A program made the position numbers and the translations under genes. A stretch of DNA of 64,000 nt from positions 16,012 to 80,011 of the forward strand of contig JAGBLL010000059.1 in the NCBI GenBank assembly GCA_017635465.1, given 5' to 3'. Shown here in pieces: positions 30,109 through 38,406 of the stretch. The notes beneath the pieces were generated by a model. It saw only the letters and a program-made list of their open reading frames with translations. It made no database searches and was not told the origin of the DNA. The number at the start of each line of letters is the position of its first letter. Positions within the stretch are counted from its first letter, which is position 1. The DNA comes from Bacilli bacterium (GTDB taxonomy: Bacteria; Bacillota_I; Bacilli_A; RFN20; CAG-826).

Positions 30109-30274
30109 AAGGGAGTATAAAGAAAATATATAATATTTCTGTTAATTTTTCATTAAAAATAGGAATAAATGTAACAATTGAAAATTGAGTGAGAAAAAAT
30201 CTTTGCGTAATATAAATGAATAATTTATTATTAAAGAGTATTTGTTTACACAATTATCATTAGGAGGTCATTTT

Positions 30275-32305
30275 ATGGCTGAAAAAACAAAAAAGAGTTT
30301 TTTCGAGACTCGCTTAATGCGCACCAAGATTAAGAGCAGTACAGTTTCTCTTTTTCCTGAAGCAGGCCTTGGCTACTTATTAGGACCTATCCTAGCGTTA
30401 ATGGGCAACGGTGTTATTAACATTTGGCTTGTCCAATACTGGGATAAAGTTTTAGGCTTAGGCACTTGGGCACCACTTGTTCAAACTCTAGTTCCACTCA
30501 TTTCCTCAATCGTTATCATCGCTGGTAACATCCTCGTCGGTAGATTGATGGAAAGAAAACCAAGTCTTGCAGGTAAAGCAAGACCACTTATCTTGCTCGG
30601 TATGCCAGTTATCTTGGTATCCATGCTCGTATTATTCCTCGTTCCATTCCCAGGAGCTGCGAAAGAAAGCGCTTGGATTGCGGGCGGTAGTTCCTTCGAA
30701 GGTGGCGCATTAGCATCCGTCTTCATGGCAGTTGGCTATAACTTATACTATGCATTTGCATGGCCACTTTACTACACCTCTCACTCCGCGTTAGTTAACT
30801 TATCCACCCGTGATGGTGGCAAACGTGGCTTACTCGGTACCGCGATTATGGCCGCACAATTAGGTGCTGCTGGTGTCTCCGGTATGGCTGGTGGTTTCTT
30901 GGTTGAATTATTACACTTAATGCCAGTTTATCGTTATACAGATTTATTCTATACCGCTCACGCTGACAAATTAGGTGACTTAAAGTTCACTAACGACTTC
31001 CAAGACATCTTAAAGAACACAATCGTTAATAGAGAATTAATCCCAGAAGCTGAATACACCATTGAAGTTTCTCGTGAAGCCGCTAACAAGAACTGGACAA
31101 TCTTAATGATCGTCATGATTGTCGCATTAATTCTTGGCTGCTTATTAGAATACTTCTTCACACGTGAACGTATTACAGAAGAAGCAGTTAGAAACGCTGA
31201 AGCCGCAGGTGGCACTGAAGCAGCTGCTCCAAAGAAAGTCAAGATGAGTCAACAAATCAAGATTTGTATGAAAGACAAATTCTGGTGGATGCTCATGATC
31301 TTCTGGTTCTTATACCAATTCGGTGGCATGATGAAGAACAACGATATTTCCTTCTTCTCTCAAGCTTTAACCGCTGGTACAAGTGTCTCCTCTGTTATTA
31401 ATACTGTTGGTGCTATTCCAACCGCTCTCGGTATGGTCATTGTCTGGCCATTAGCCGCGAAGTTTACAAAAGCAAAGACAATTTCATTAGGTGGTGTCGT
31501 AGCCGCTCTTGCTGCCGCTGCATCATTCACATGTTTAGGCTTTATTGGTAACGTCGGTGCTATTACAGGTATCTCTGTTGCATCCTTCTGTATCAAAGCC
31601 TTAGGTACTGCTCCTGCTATGTACATCTCCATTGCTTTAATGGCTAACGTCTTAGATCACCAAGAAGCAGTTCACGGTGTCCGTACTGATGGCTTCACCA
31701 TGGCAGTCTATGGTTCCATCATGGTCGCTATGAGCGGTATTTGTAACGGTATCATCGTCGGTCTTAAAGCTGTTGTTCCACAAGAAAACCAAGCCTTCTT
31801 ACACACCTTCTTATCTTATGGCGTTGAAGGTATCTGCTACTTAATCATCGCTGTCATGTTCATCTTCATGAACGTTGAAAAATTCACCAACGTTGATAAT
31901 AAAGCCATTGTTGCTGACCAAAAAGCTAAAATTTTAGCCGCTGGTGGTAACTGGGTTGAACCTGAAGAAAGAGCTAAAGCTGAAGATGCTGAAAACGCAC
32001 GTTTAGTCGAAGAAGCTAGAGTGGCTGAACTTAAAGCAAAATGCGAAAAGAAAGGCCTCAACTTCGAAGAAGAAAACGGCAAAGTCTTAGCCGCTAAGAA
32101 GGAAGCTGAAGAAAAAGCTGCTGCTAAGAAAGCAGACGCTGAAGCTAAGAAACAAGCTAAACTTGACGCCATGACTCCAGAACAAAAGAAAGCCATGGAA
32201 GATAAAGAAGCTGCTAAGAAAGCAAAGCAAGAAGAAAGAGATGCCGCTGCTCTTGTCGAACTCAATAAGATTAGAGAAGAAAACGGTAGACCTGCTATTG
32301 CTTAA
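30275..32305 (+). CDS. GPH/MFS-type transporter with 116-aa Lys/Glu/Ala-rich C-terminal tail
   Basis: ORF track 30242..32305 starts at a TTG. ATG 30275 is preferred (AGGAGG 7 nt upstream; MAEKTKKSFFETRL..). About 12 TM helices. The tail is [65 protein letters not shown]. Confidence 0.8.
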   Translation: MAEKTKKSFFETRLMRTKIKSSTVSLFPEAGLGYLLGPILALMGNGVINIWLVQYWDKVLGLGTWAPLVQTLVPLISSIVIIAGNILVGRLMERKPSLAGKARPLILLGMPVILVSMLVLFLVPFPGAAKESAWIAGGSSFEGGALASVFMAVGYNLYYAFAWPLYYTSHSALVNLSTRDGGKRGLLGTAIMAAQLGAAGVSGMAGGFLVELLHLMPVYRYTDLFYTAHADKLGDLKFTNDFQDILKNTIVNRELIPEAEYTIEVSREAANKNWTILMIVMIVALILGCLLEYFFTRERITEEAVRNAEAAGGTEAAAPKKVKMSQQIKICMKDKFWWMLMIFWFLYQFGGMMKNNDISFFSQALTAGTSVSSVINTVGAIPTALGMVIVWPLAAKFTKAKTISLGGVVAALAAAASFTCLGFIGNVGAITGISVASFCIKALGTAPAMYISIALMANVLDHQEAVHGVRTDGFTMAVYGSIMVAMSGICNGIIVGLKAVVPQENQAFLHTFLSYGVEGICYLIIAVMFIFMNVEKFTNVDNKAIVADQKAKILAAGGNWVEPEERAKAEDAENARLVEEARVAELKAKCEKKGLNFEEENGKVLAAKKEAEEKAAAKKADAEAKKQAKLDAMTPEQKKAMEDKEAAKKAKQEERDAAALVELNKIREENGRPAIA

Positions 32306-32326
32306 TAGCAAAATACAAATGAAATA

Positions 32327-32352
32327 GGCGACATTGATTGTCGCCTTTTCTT
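32327..32352 (+). terminator. Rho-independent terminator after the GPH transporter
   Basis: GGCGACA-TTGAT-TGTCGCC (32327-32345) followed by TTTTCTTT. Confidence 0.75.
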
Positions 32353-32370
32353 TATCCTTAATTATTTAAT

Positions 32371-33234
32371 TTATTTCTTTTTGGGAAGTATTAATAAGAC
32401 AGATGTTTCTTTCTTATATTGCTCGTAATCTGGTTTATAATCTTTGAAATGTTTTTCTTCCATTGGAATGGAGATAAATAAAAACATTAATAAGTTAACA
32501 ATCGAACCCGCCGCTAAATACCAGTAATTTAAATGAGAAACAATAAGAGTTAAAGCAACGCCGAACCAAATTACAATCTCGCCTAAGTAATTAGGATGTC
32601 TTGAATATTTCCATAAGCCCTTATTTAAGACCTCAGAGCGGTCATTTCTAACTTTGACAAACTTCTTCATTTGTAGATCAGAAACAAACTCTAAAAGAGT
32701 GCCAAAAAGAATAATACTTAATCCAATTGCGTCTAAAAATGAATATTCTGTCAAATTAGCGTAGGCGATCGCTGGTAATGAGGCGGAATAGACCACTAAA
32801 GTAGGAAACATACAAATACCAAATAAATTAACTAATTGATATGCTTTACTGCTTTTCTCTTTAAGCATTTTATAACGCCAATCGACATATGATAATGAAT
32901 GGAAACCAACGATAAAGTTCATTGTTAAACGTAAAGAATAAATAAAAATCACAACGAATAGTGAAATCGTGGCGAAATTCCAGTTGTTGTGTTTGCTAAC
33001 AATAAAAGTATAAATAATTAATGTTTGAATTGACCAATATGGATCATAAGCGGAGGCGGTTCTAAGCAGTACACCACCAAGCCACACGATAACAGTAGCG
33101 ATAACATCCACCACTAAGATGTTGATATATTCATTCATCCCTGCCTTTTCAAAAACAGTAAATAGCACTACTGCGGCTACTGTCGCAAGTGCGTAAAGAA
33201 TGAATAAGGATAATAAGCCTAGTAATCTTTTCAT
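32371..33234 (-). CDS. DUF1295 / steroid-5-alpha-reductase-like membrane protein
   Basis: 287 aa, multi-TM. C-terminal YSRHPNYLGEIVIWFGVAL is the DUF1295/ICMT-like signature. Lies 5 nt downstream of the EAL gene. Confidence 0.7.
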   Translation of the reverse strand: MKRLLGLLSLFILYALATVAAVVLFTVFEKAGMNEYINILVVDVIATVIVWLGGVLLRTASAYDPYWSIQTLIIYTFIVSKHNNWNFATISLFVVIFIYSLRLTMNFIVGFHSLSYVDWRYKMLKEKSSKAYQLVNLFGICMFPTLVVYSASLPAIAYANLTEYSFLDAIGLSIILFGTLLEFVSDLQMKKFVKVRNDRSEVLNKGLWKYSRHPNYLGEIVIWFGVALTLIVSHLNYWYLAAGSIVNLLMFLFISIPMEEKHFKDYKPDYEQYKKETSVLLILPKKK

Positions 33235-33239
33235 ATTGC

Positions 33240-35183
33240 CTAGGCTATTTTATTAGCGACAAGAAATTTTTGCAAGTCTTCTTCCTTTAACGGTTTTGAG
33301 AAATAGTAACCTTGGATAAATTCAATTTTCTTAGTTTTAGATGTTGCAAGTTGGGTTTCTGTTTCAACACCTTCAATGACAATTGGAATACCAAGTGATT
33401 TAAATAAATTAACTGCGGAATCAAAGAAGATCTTAATATTTTTAGATTCTTCTAATAATGTTTTATCAAGTTTAGCGATTGAGAATGGTAAAGTAATAAA
33501 TCTAGCAATATTAGAATAACCACTACCGAAATCATCCATCGCAAATTGCACACCATATTGGCCTAAATCTGCCATAAACTCCTTTGTTTTTTCAGGATAT
33601 TTAACCGCAATGGTTTCTGTAATTTCTAAGCATATTCTCTTTGGGTCAACATTGTGCTCTTTGATTATTTTTAAAAACCTACTACTTGGGTTATTAAAGA
33701 ATTCAGCGCAAGAGATGTTGACTTCTAATATGCCCACTTGTGGGTTTCTAGCTAAGAAAGCACATGTTTCATTTAAAACAAAATAATCAATCTCATTAGC
33801 GAGGCCAGAGCTTTCCGCAATAGGAATAAATTCCGCTGGACCAACAAAACCAAGCTCATCGTTATCTAATCTAATTAATGCTTCAAAGTGATTAAATTCT
33901 TTATTATTAACGTCATATATTGGTTGGTAAACCATATATAGTCCACGTTTTTCTCTTAAACATTGTTCAAGTATTTCTTTAATTCTTCTATCTCTATTGA
34001 TTCTTTCCATGAATTTAGCGTCAAGTTCAACAAAATTAGAATCATTAAAGTTTAAAGTAGGCAATGTTCTTGTCACAAAGTCTTTATATGAATCAGTGTT
34101 TTTAAAAGCACCATTGTTTTCAAAATAGAATAAGTTAATTGTTAAAATAATTGATTTATCTTTGACGTTAAAGGAAGAAGAGAAGCGATGCCTGATAGCA
34201 GCGACCATTTGTAACTGTTCTTCTCTATTTCTAAGCATTAAGACAAAGCGTGAAGAATGGGTTTTAAATATGTATGTCTTTTTATTAACGCCTTCAATGA
34301 ACTTTCTAATTGATGAGAGAACTTCGTTAGCGTATAAGCTACCAAATTTCTCATTAAACATCCCAAAGCTTTCAATATCAAAGACGATGAAATGCTTTCT
34401 TTGTCTTTCAGTTCTTTGATTGTTGATATATTCCACGAATGCTTCGTTGTTGAAAGCCTTAGATATGCGGTCCACTTTTTCATCCGGATCATTAACAGTA
34501 ATGATAATAAAGACCATTGCCATTGTATAAACAATGCCATATAGGAGATGCTCAGGTTGAAATAGATGAATGATAATGGCAACAAGTAACAAAGCAATAA
34601 CAGTGAAAAGCACAAAAATCAATTTAACGTGCATCGATTTTCTAAATGTAATCGCATAGATAACCGTGGAAACAACATTAAGACCAGCGATGACATAAAG
34701 TAAAAAATAAGCGGGTCCATATTCAAAATCATAGACACCGCTTCCAATTTCCACAAATCTAAAGATGCCATGATGTAGACAGTTAGTAAAAATAATAACC
34801 GAACATATCACAGAAGGAACAATCGTTAAATAATAACGTGGTTCAAATCTAAGTGTTTTGCCAATGGAATAAAAGATATACGCGAATAATAAATAAGAGC
34901 AAAATATTTGAGAGAAATATAATAATTCGGTTATGGCTTCACACCAAAATAACGGTATTCTATCAGCGTTATCCAGTAGATAACACGATAATATATCGCA
35001 CGAAATTGTTATCGTGACTGAAATTAAACACACTCCGAACAGCTTAAAAACCGCAGTCGGAAATTTCTTCCTAGAATAATAGGCGATGACAATCGCCACC
35101 ATGAACACTAGGGAGCACAATTCCAAAAAGTAATTGCAGTGCATTTTTCCTGGAATAAACCAGGTGGTGAGGAGTTCTGCCAT
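33240..35183 (-). CDS. Membrane sensor with degenerate GGDEF + EAL domain (c-di-GMP phosphodiesterase)
   Basis: 647 aa. About 7 N-terminal TM helices. GGDEF-like region has THSSRF in place of GG(D/E)EF. EAL motifs are QPIY, EALIRL, EITE, DDFGSGYS, KLDK, EGVET and QGYYFSKP. Confidence 0.85.
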   Translation of the reverse strand: MAELLTTWFIPGKMHCNYFLELCSLVFMVAIVIAYYSRKKFPTAVFKLFGVCLISVTITISCDILSCYLLDNADRIPLFWCEAITELLYFSQIFCSYLLFAYIFYSIGKTLRFEPRYYLTIVPSVICSVIIFTNCLHHGIFRFVEIGSGVYDFEYGPAYFLLYVIAGLNVVSTVIYAITFRKSMHVKLIFVLFTVIALLLVAIIIHLFQPEHLLYGIVYTMAMVFIIITVNDPDEKVDRISKAFNNEAFVEYINNQRTERQRKHFIVFDIESFGMFNEKFGSLYANEVLSSIRKFIEGVNKKTYIFKTHSSRFVLMLRNREEQLQMVAAIRHRFSSSFNVKDKSIILTINLFYFENNGAFKNTDSYKDFVTRTLPTLNFNDSNFVELDAKFMERINRDRRIKEILEQCLREKRGLYMVYQPIYDVNNKEFNHFEALIRLDNDELGFVGPAEFIPIAESSGLANEIDYFVLNETCAFLARNPQVGILEVNISCAEFFNNPSSRFLKIIKEHNVDPKRICLEITETIAVKYPEKTKEFMADLGQYGVQFAMDDFGSGYSNIARFITLPFSIAKLDKTLLEESKNIKIFFDSAVNLFKSLGIPIVIEGVETETQLATSKTKKIEFIQGYYFSKPLKEEDLQKFLVANKIA

Positions 35184-35189
35184 AGTCGC

Positions 35190-35217
35190 ATTATAGCAAA
35201 TCGAAATTTGATATCAA
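35190..35217 (-). promoter_or_regulatory. Promoter of the EAL-DUF1295 operon; ATG 6 nt after the -10 (leaderless candidate)
   Basis: Minus strand reads TTGATA (35212-35217) - 16 nt - TATAAT (35190-35195) - gcgact - ATG (35183). Confidence 0.55.
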
Positions 35218-35298
35218 TGCGAAAAAACATAATCAAAAAGAAAGCAATGACACTATCATTAAATTGTCTATAAAATAACGATTGCTACTTGTGAAATG

Positions 35299-37122
35299 TT
35301 ATGAAATGGTCACACCAGAATCAATAAAACCATTAATTAAAGAATATAATTCAATATAACGATCATCAATTAGGCCAATATTAGTGTCTAATTCCATGAC
35401 TTTGCCATTAGATTCATATTTCTTCCATTCAGGTAAGCCGTTACCATTTGGATTACCGTTTTTAGCAAAATTGACCCAGTAATTAAGCATAATGCTTTCT
35501 AATTTATAATCTGAATCATTATATGCGTATGATTTATTTTGACGTTCTAAATTGCCATAACAATACGCTATTTCCCCAGAATGATATGTTGCATGAAAAC
35601 CGTTTTCTTTTGTAAATTGATAACGATAAACATCTAAACCATTATCTAAAGCGGCATTAGACCAGGTGTGATGTGGCATAATAAACCAATAGACAGAGAA
35701 TATTTCATTAAATGCTTCGAAGGCATTTTCATTAATCTTTGGTAAATATAAGTCATAAATCTTTTTACCATGTTCTTCACCAAAGACTTTTTGTAATCTT
35801 TCTAAGATGTTGTTCTTATTTGTTGGTGAGAATAAATAAGTTGGGACAACAAAAGCATCAGCTTCTTTAACGTTATAGCCGTTAAGTAATGCTTCTTCGT
35901 TATTCTCACGATCTAAATAAACTTGATATGGATCTTTAGTTAATGCATACCCATCAAGCATCATTTCTTGGTTTTTATTTTGAGTATTAACAAGACGCTC
36001 TGCTTTGACTTTACGTAAATCATCAATAGTTTTACAGTTAAATTCTTTTAAAATCTTTTCACTGACTTTATAAGCGGCTTCTTCTGTACGATAAGTATGT
36101 GGCGCTCTTTTAATAACTAAAGAAGAAGATTCCCCTATTGCTCTTTTAAATAAGCCTTTAGCTAATGGGGAGGTACATAAAGCAGATACAGAAGAACTGC
36201 CAGCGCTTTCTCCAGCAATTGTGATGTTATTCTTATCACCACCAAAATTAGCGACGTTATTATTAATCCAATTTAAAGCAAATATTTGGTCTAATAAACC
36301 ATAATTACCTGTTGTGGCGTGCCCAGTTTCTTTTTGTGCTTCATTTTTTAAATCTGGATGAGCAAAATAACCAAAGACACCTAAACGATATTGAATGGTA
36401 ATCATCACTATTCCCTTTTTAGCCATTGATTCGCCGTTATAATCTTCATAAGCGGAACTACCTGTAGTTAAAGAACCACCATGGATATAGACAAGTATTG
36501 GTAAATTAGTTTCCTCTGTTTTTGGTTTCCAAATATTAAGATATAACCCATCTTCACTCATATCTTGTTGTGGTCTCATTTGATAATTTGGATGCCAGCC
36601 TTTTTCTGAATAAATATCCACTAAACCACCGATAACTGGGTGATTGACTGGTTGCATCATTCTTGGGCCAAAATAACTACCATCTAATGTATTCTCCCAT
36701 GTATATGCCTTTGGTTCTTTCCATCTTTCTGCTTTCGCATATGGTATACCAGCGTATATTTCTACAGTTTTATCTTTGTTATATATGCCTTGGACTTTAC
36801 CTTCATTTAAAGATAAGACTTCATTAATTTTTTCTGGCTTGGAATAATAAGCCGCACTCTTTTTAGCGATACTCGGATTATTAGATAAGATAAGAACAGT
36901 AGTTAAAGCAATAAAACCCGCCCAAACCGCTAATCTAGTTAATGCTCTTCTATTTCTAACTAACACTCTTAAAACAAAGAACACTACTAAAAGTATTAAT
37001 TCCAAAATAAAGAAGATAATTGGCCCGTTAGCGAGGTCATAATAGAATATTAATAATAAGGATATAATGGTCCATCCGATTGGGAATAAAATCCAAAACA
37101 ATAAGTGATTTTTCTTTTTCAT
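35299..37122 (-). CDS. Membrane-anchored type-B carboxylesterase/lipase
   Basis: ORF track 35299..37161 starts at a TTG. ATG 37122 (MKKKNHLLFWILF..) is preferred, but the TTG start cannot be excluded. Three N-terminal TM helices, then an esterase domain with oxyanion block IHGGSL and nucleophile elbow GESAGS. Confidence 0.8.
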   Translation of the reverse strand: MKKKNHLLFWILFPIGWTIISLLLIFYYDLANGPIIFFILELILLVVFFVLRVLVRNRRALTRLAVWAGFIALTTVLILSNNPSIAKKSAAYYSKPEKINEVLSLNEGKVQGIYNKDKTVEIYAGIPYAKAERWKEPKAYTWENTLDGSYFGPRMMQPVNHPVIGGLVDIYSEKGWHPNYQMRPQQDMSEDGLYLNIWKPKTEETNLPILVYIHGGSLTTGSSAYEDYNGESMAKKGIVMITIQYRLGVFGYFAHPDLKNEAQKETGHATTGNYGLLDQIFALNWINNNVANFGGDKNNITIAGESAGSSSVSALCTSPLAKGLFKRAIGESSSLVIKRAPHTYRTEEAAYKVSEKILKEFNCKTIDDLRKVKAERLVNTQNKNQEMMLDGYALTKDPYQVYLDRENNEEALLNGYNVKEADAFVVPTYLFSPTNKNNILERLQKVFGEEHGKKIYDLYLPKINENAFEAFNEIFSVYWFIMPHHTWSNAALDNGLDVYRYQFTKENGFHATYHSGEIAYCYGNLERQNKSYAYNDSDYKLESIMLNYWVNFAKNGNPNGNGLPEWKKYESNGKVMELDTNIGLIDDRYIELYSLINGFIDSGVTIS

Positions 37123-37174
37123 ACAAATAATTCTATCATAGATAGCAAAAGAAAAGGTCAAATATGCTTTGACC

Positions 37175-38404
37175 TTATTTCTTTTCGTTTAACATCTTGC
37201 GATATTTTTCCATTTCTTCGGTGTTAGCCATAACGAAGTGTCCTGGAGTGATTTCTTGTAAAGAAGGAGCTTCTTTAGAATAATCATGTTCTTCTTGTGG
37301 CTTATACACATATCTCTTTCTCACCTTTTCACTTAATGGATCTGGCTTAGGAATCGCGGATAATAACGCTTTAGTATATGGATGTAATGGATGAGCGAAT
37401 AATTCATCACTACTAGCGAGTTCGACGATATTACCAAAATACATAACAGCAATTCTATCACAGAAGTACTTAACGACTGATAAGTCGTGAGCAATAAACA
37501 TGATAGTTAAACCCATTTCTTCTTTTAAGTTATTTAATAAGTTGATGATTTGGGCTCTAATAGACACGTCAAGCGCGGAAATTGGTTCGTCACAGATGAG
37601 GAAGTCTGGATTCATAATTAACGCTCTAGCGATGCCAATACGTTGTCTTTGACCACCAGAGAATTCGTGTGGATAACGAGATGCATATTCTGGTAATAAA
37701 CCGACCTTGATTAAGACTTCTTTCACTTTTTGTGAATTTTCAAATCTATTGTATTGACCTTGGATGTGTAAACCTTCTTGAATAATATCTTCAACGGTCA
37801 TACGTGGATCCAAAGAGTCAACTGGGTCTTGGAAGATCATTTGCATCTTACTCATTAACTTTTTATCGACATGTTTATTGTCGTAGTTATGTTGCGCGAT
37901 TTTTTCTTTTTCGTGCTTGACTAAGATTGATAAATCTTCTTGGAGTTTATTAATCTTTTCCGCATATTGGGCTTGAATCTTCGCGGATTCGTTAGCGATG
38001 AATTCTTGATTGCCTTGTTCATCAGAAAGGGCTTTAATCTTTTCATTCATCTCATTTTTGAGTTCTTTAATGCGACGATTAGTTTTAATTTTCTTCCATT
38101 TAATTTCTTTTTCATTCCATCTATTGCCAGCGACAATACGATAGCCTTTGAAATAAACAGAACCAGAAGTAGCCTTATACAGTCTAATTAAAGTTCTACC
38201 AGTTGTGGTTTTACCACATCCTGATTCACCAACGACACCGAAGCATTCACCTTTTTTAATATCAAAACTGATATTGTGAACGGCTTTAGTGACGAAAGCG
38301 TTTTTACCATGTCCAAACTTAAAGAATTGTTTTAAGTGTCTGACAGACAATTCGATATTGTTTTCCACTAATTCAGGAAGATAAGTAACTGTTCTTTTTG
38401 CCAT
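37175..38404 (-). CDS. oppF: Oligopeptide ABC transporter ATP-binding protein OppF with ~90-aa insertion
   Basis: 409 aa. Walker A GESGCGKTT, Q-loop MIFQDP, signature FSGGQRQRIGIARAL, Walker B LICDEPISALD and H-loop IAHDL. Residues about 93-180 between Walker A and the Q-loop are an extra charged helical segment. Confidence 0.9.
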   Translation of the reverse strand: MAKRTVTYLPELVENNIELSVRHLKQFFKFGHGKNAFVTKAVHNISFDIKKGECFGVVGESGCGKTTTGRTLIRLYKATSGSVYFKGYRIVAGNRWNEKEIKWKKIKTNRRIKELKNEMNEKIKALSDEQGNQEFIANESAKIQAQYAEKINKLQEDLSILVKHEKEKIAQHNYDNKHVDKKLMSKMQMIFQDPVDSLDPRMTVEDIIQEGLHIQGQYNRFENSQKVKEVLIKVGLLPEYASRYPHEFSGGQRQRIGIARALIMNPDFLICDEPISALDVSIRAQIINLLNNLKEEMGLTIMFIAHDLSVVKYFCDRIAVMYFGNIVELASSDELFAHPLHPYTKALLSAIPKPDPLSEKVRKRYVYKPQEEHDYSKEAPSLQEITPGHFVMANTEEMEKYRKMLNEKK

Positions 38405-38406
38405 GA

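Noticed and set aside
31837-32311. Two antisense ORFs (142 and 74 aa) opposite the 3' end of the GPH transporter gene
   Set aside because: They lie opposite the Lys/Glu/Ala low-complexity tail, and their translations are Ser/Ala/Phe/Leu low-complexity mirror images. There is no SD or promoter. This is a typical artefact of repetitive GAA/GCT/AAG codons.
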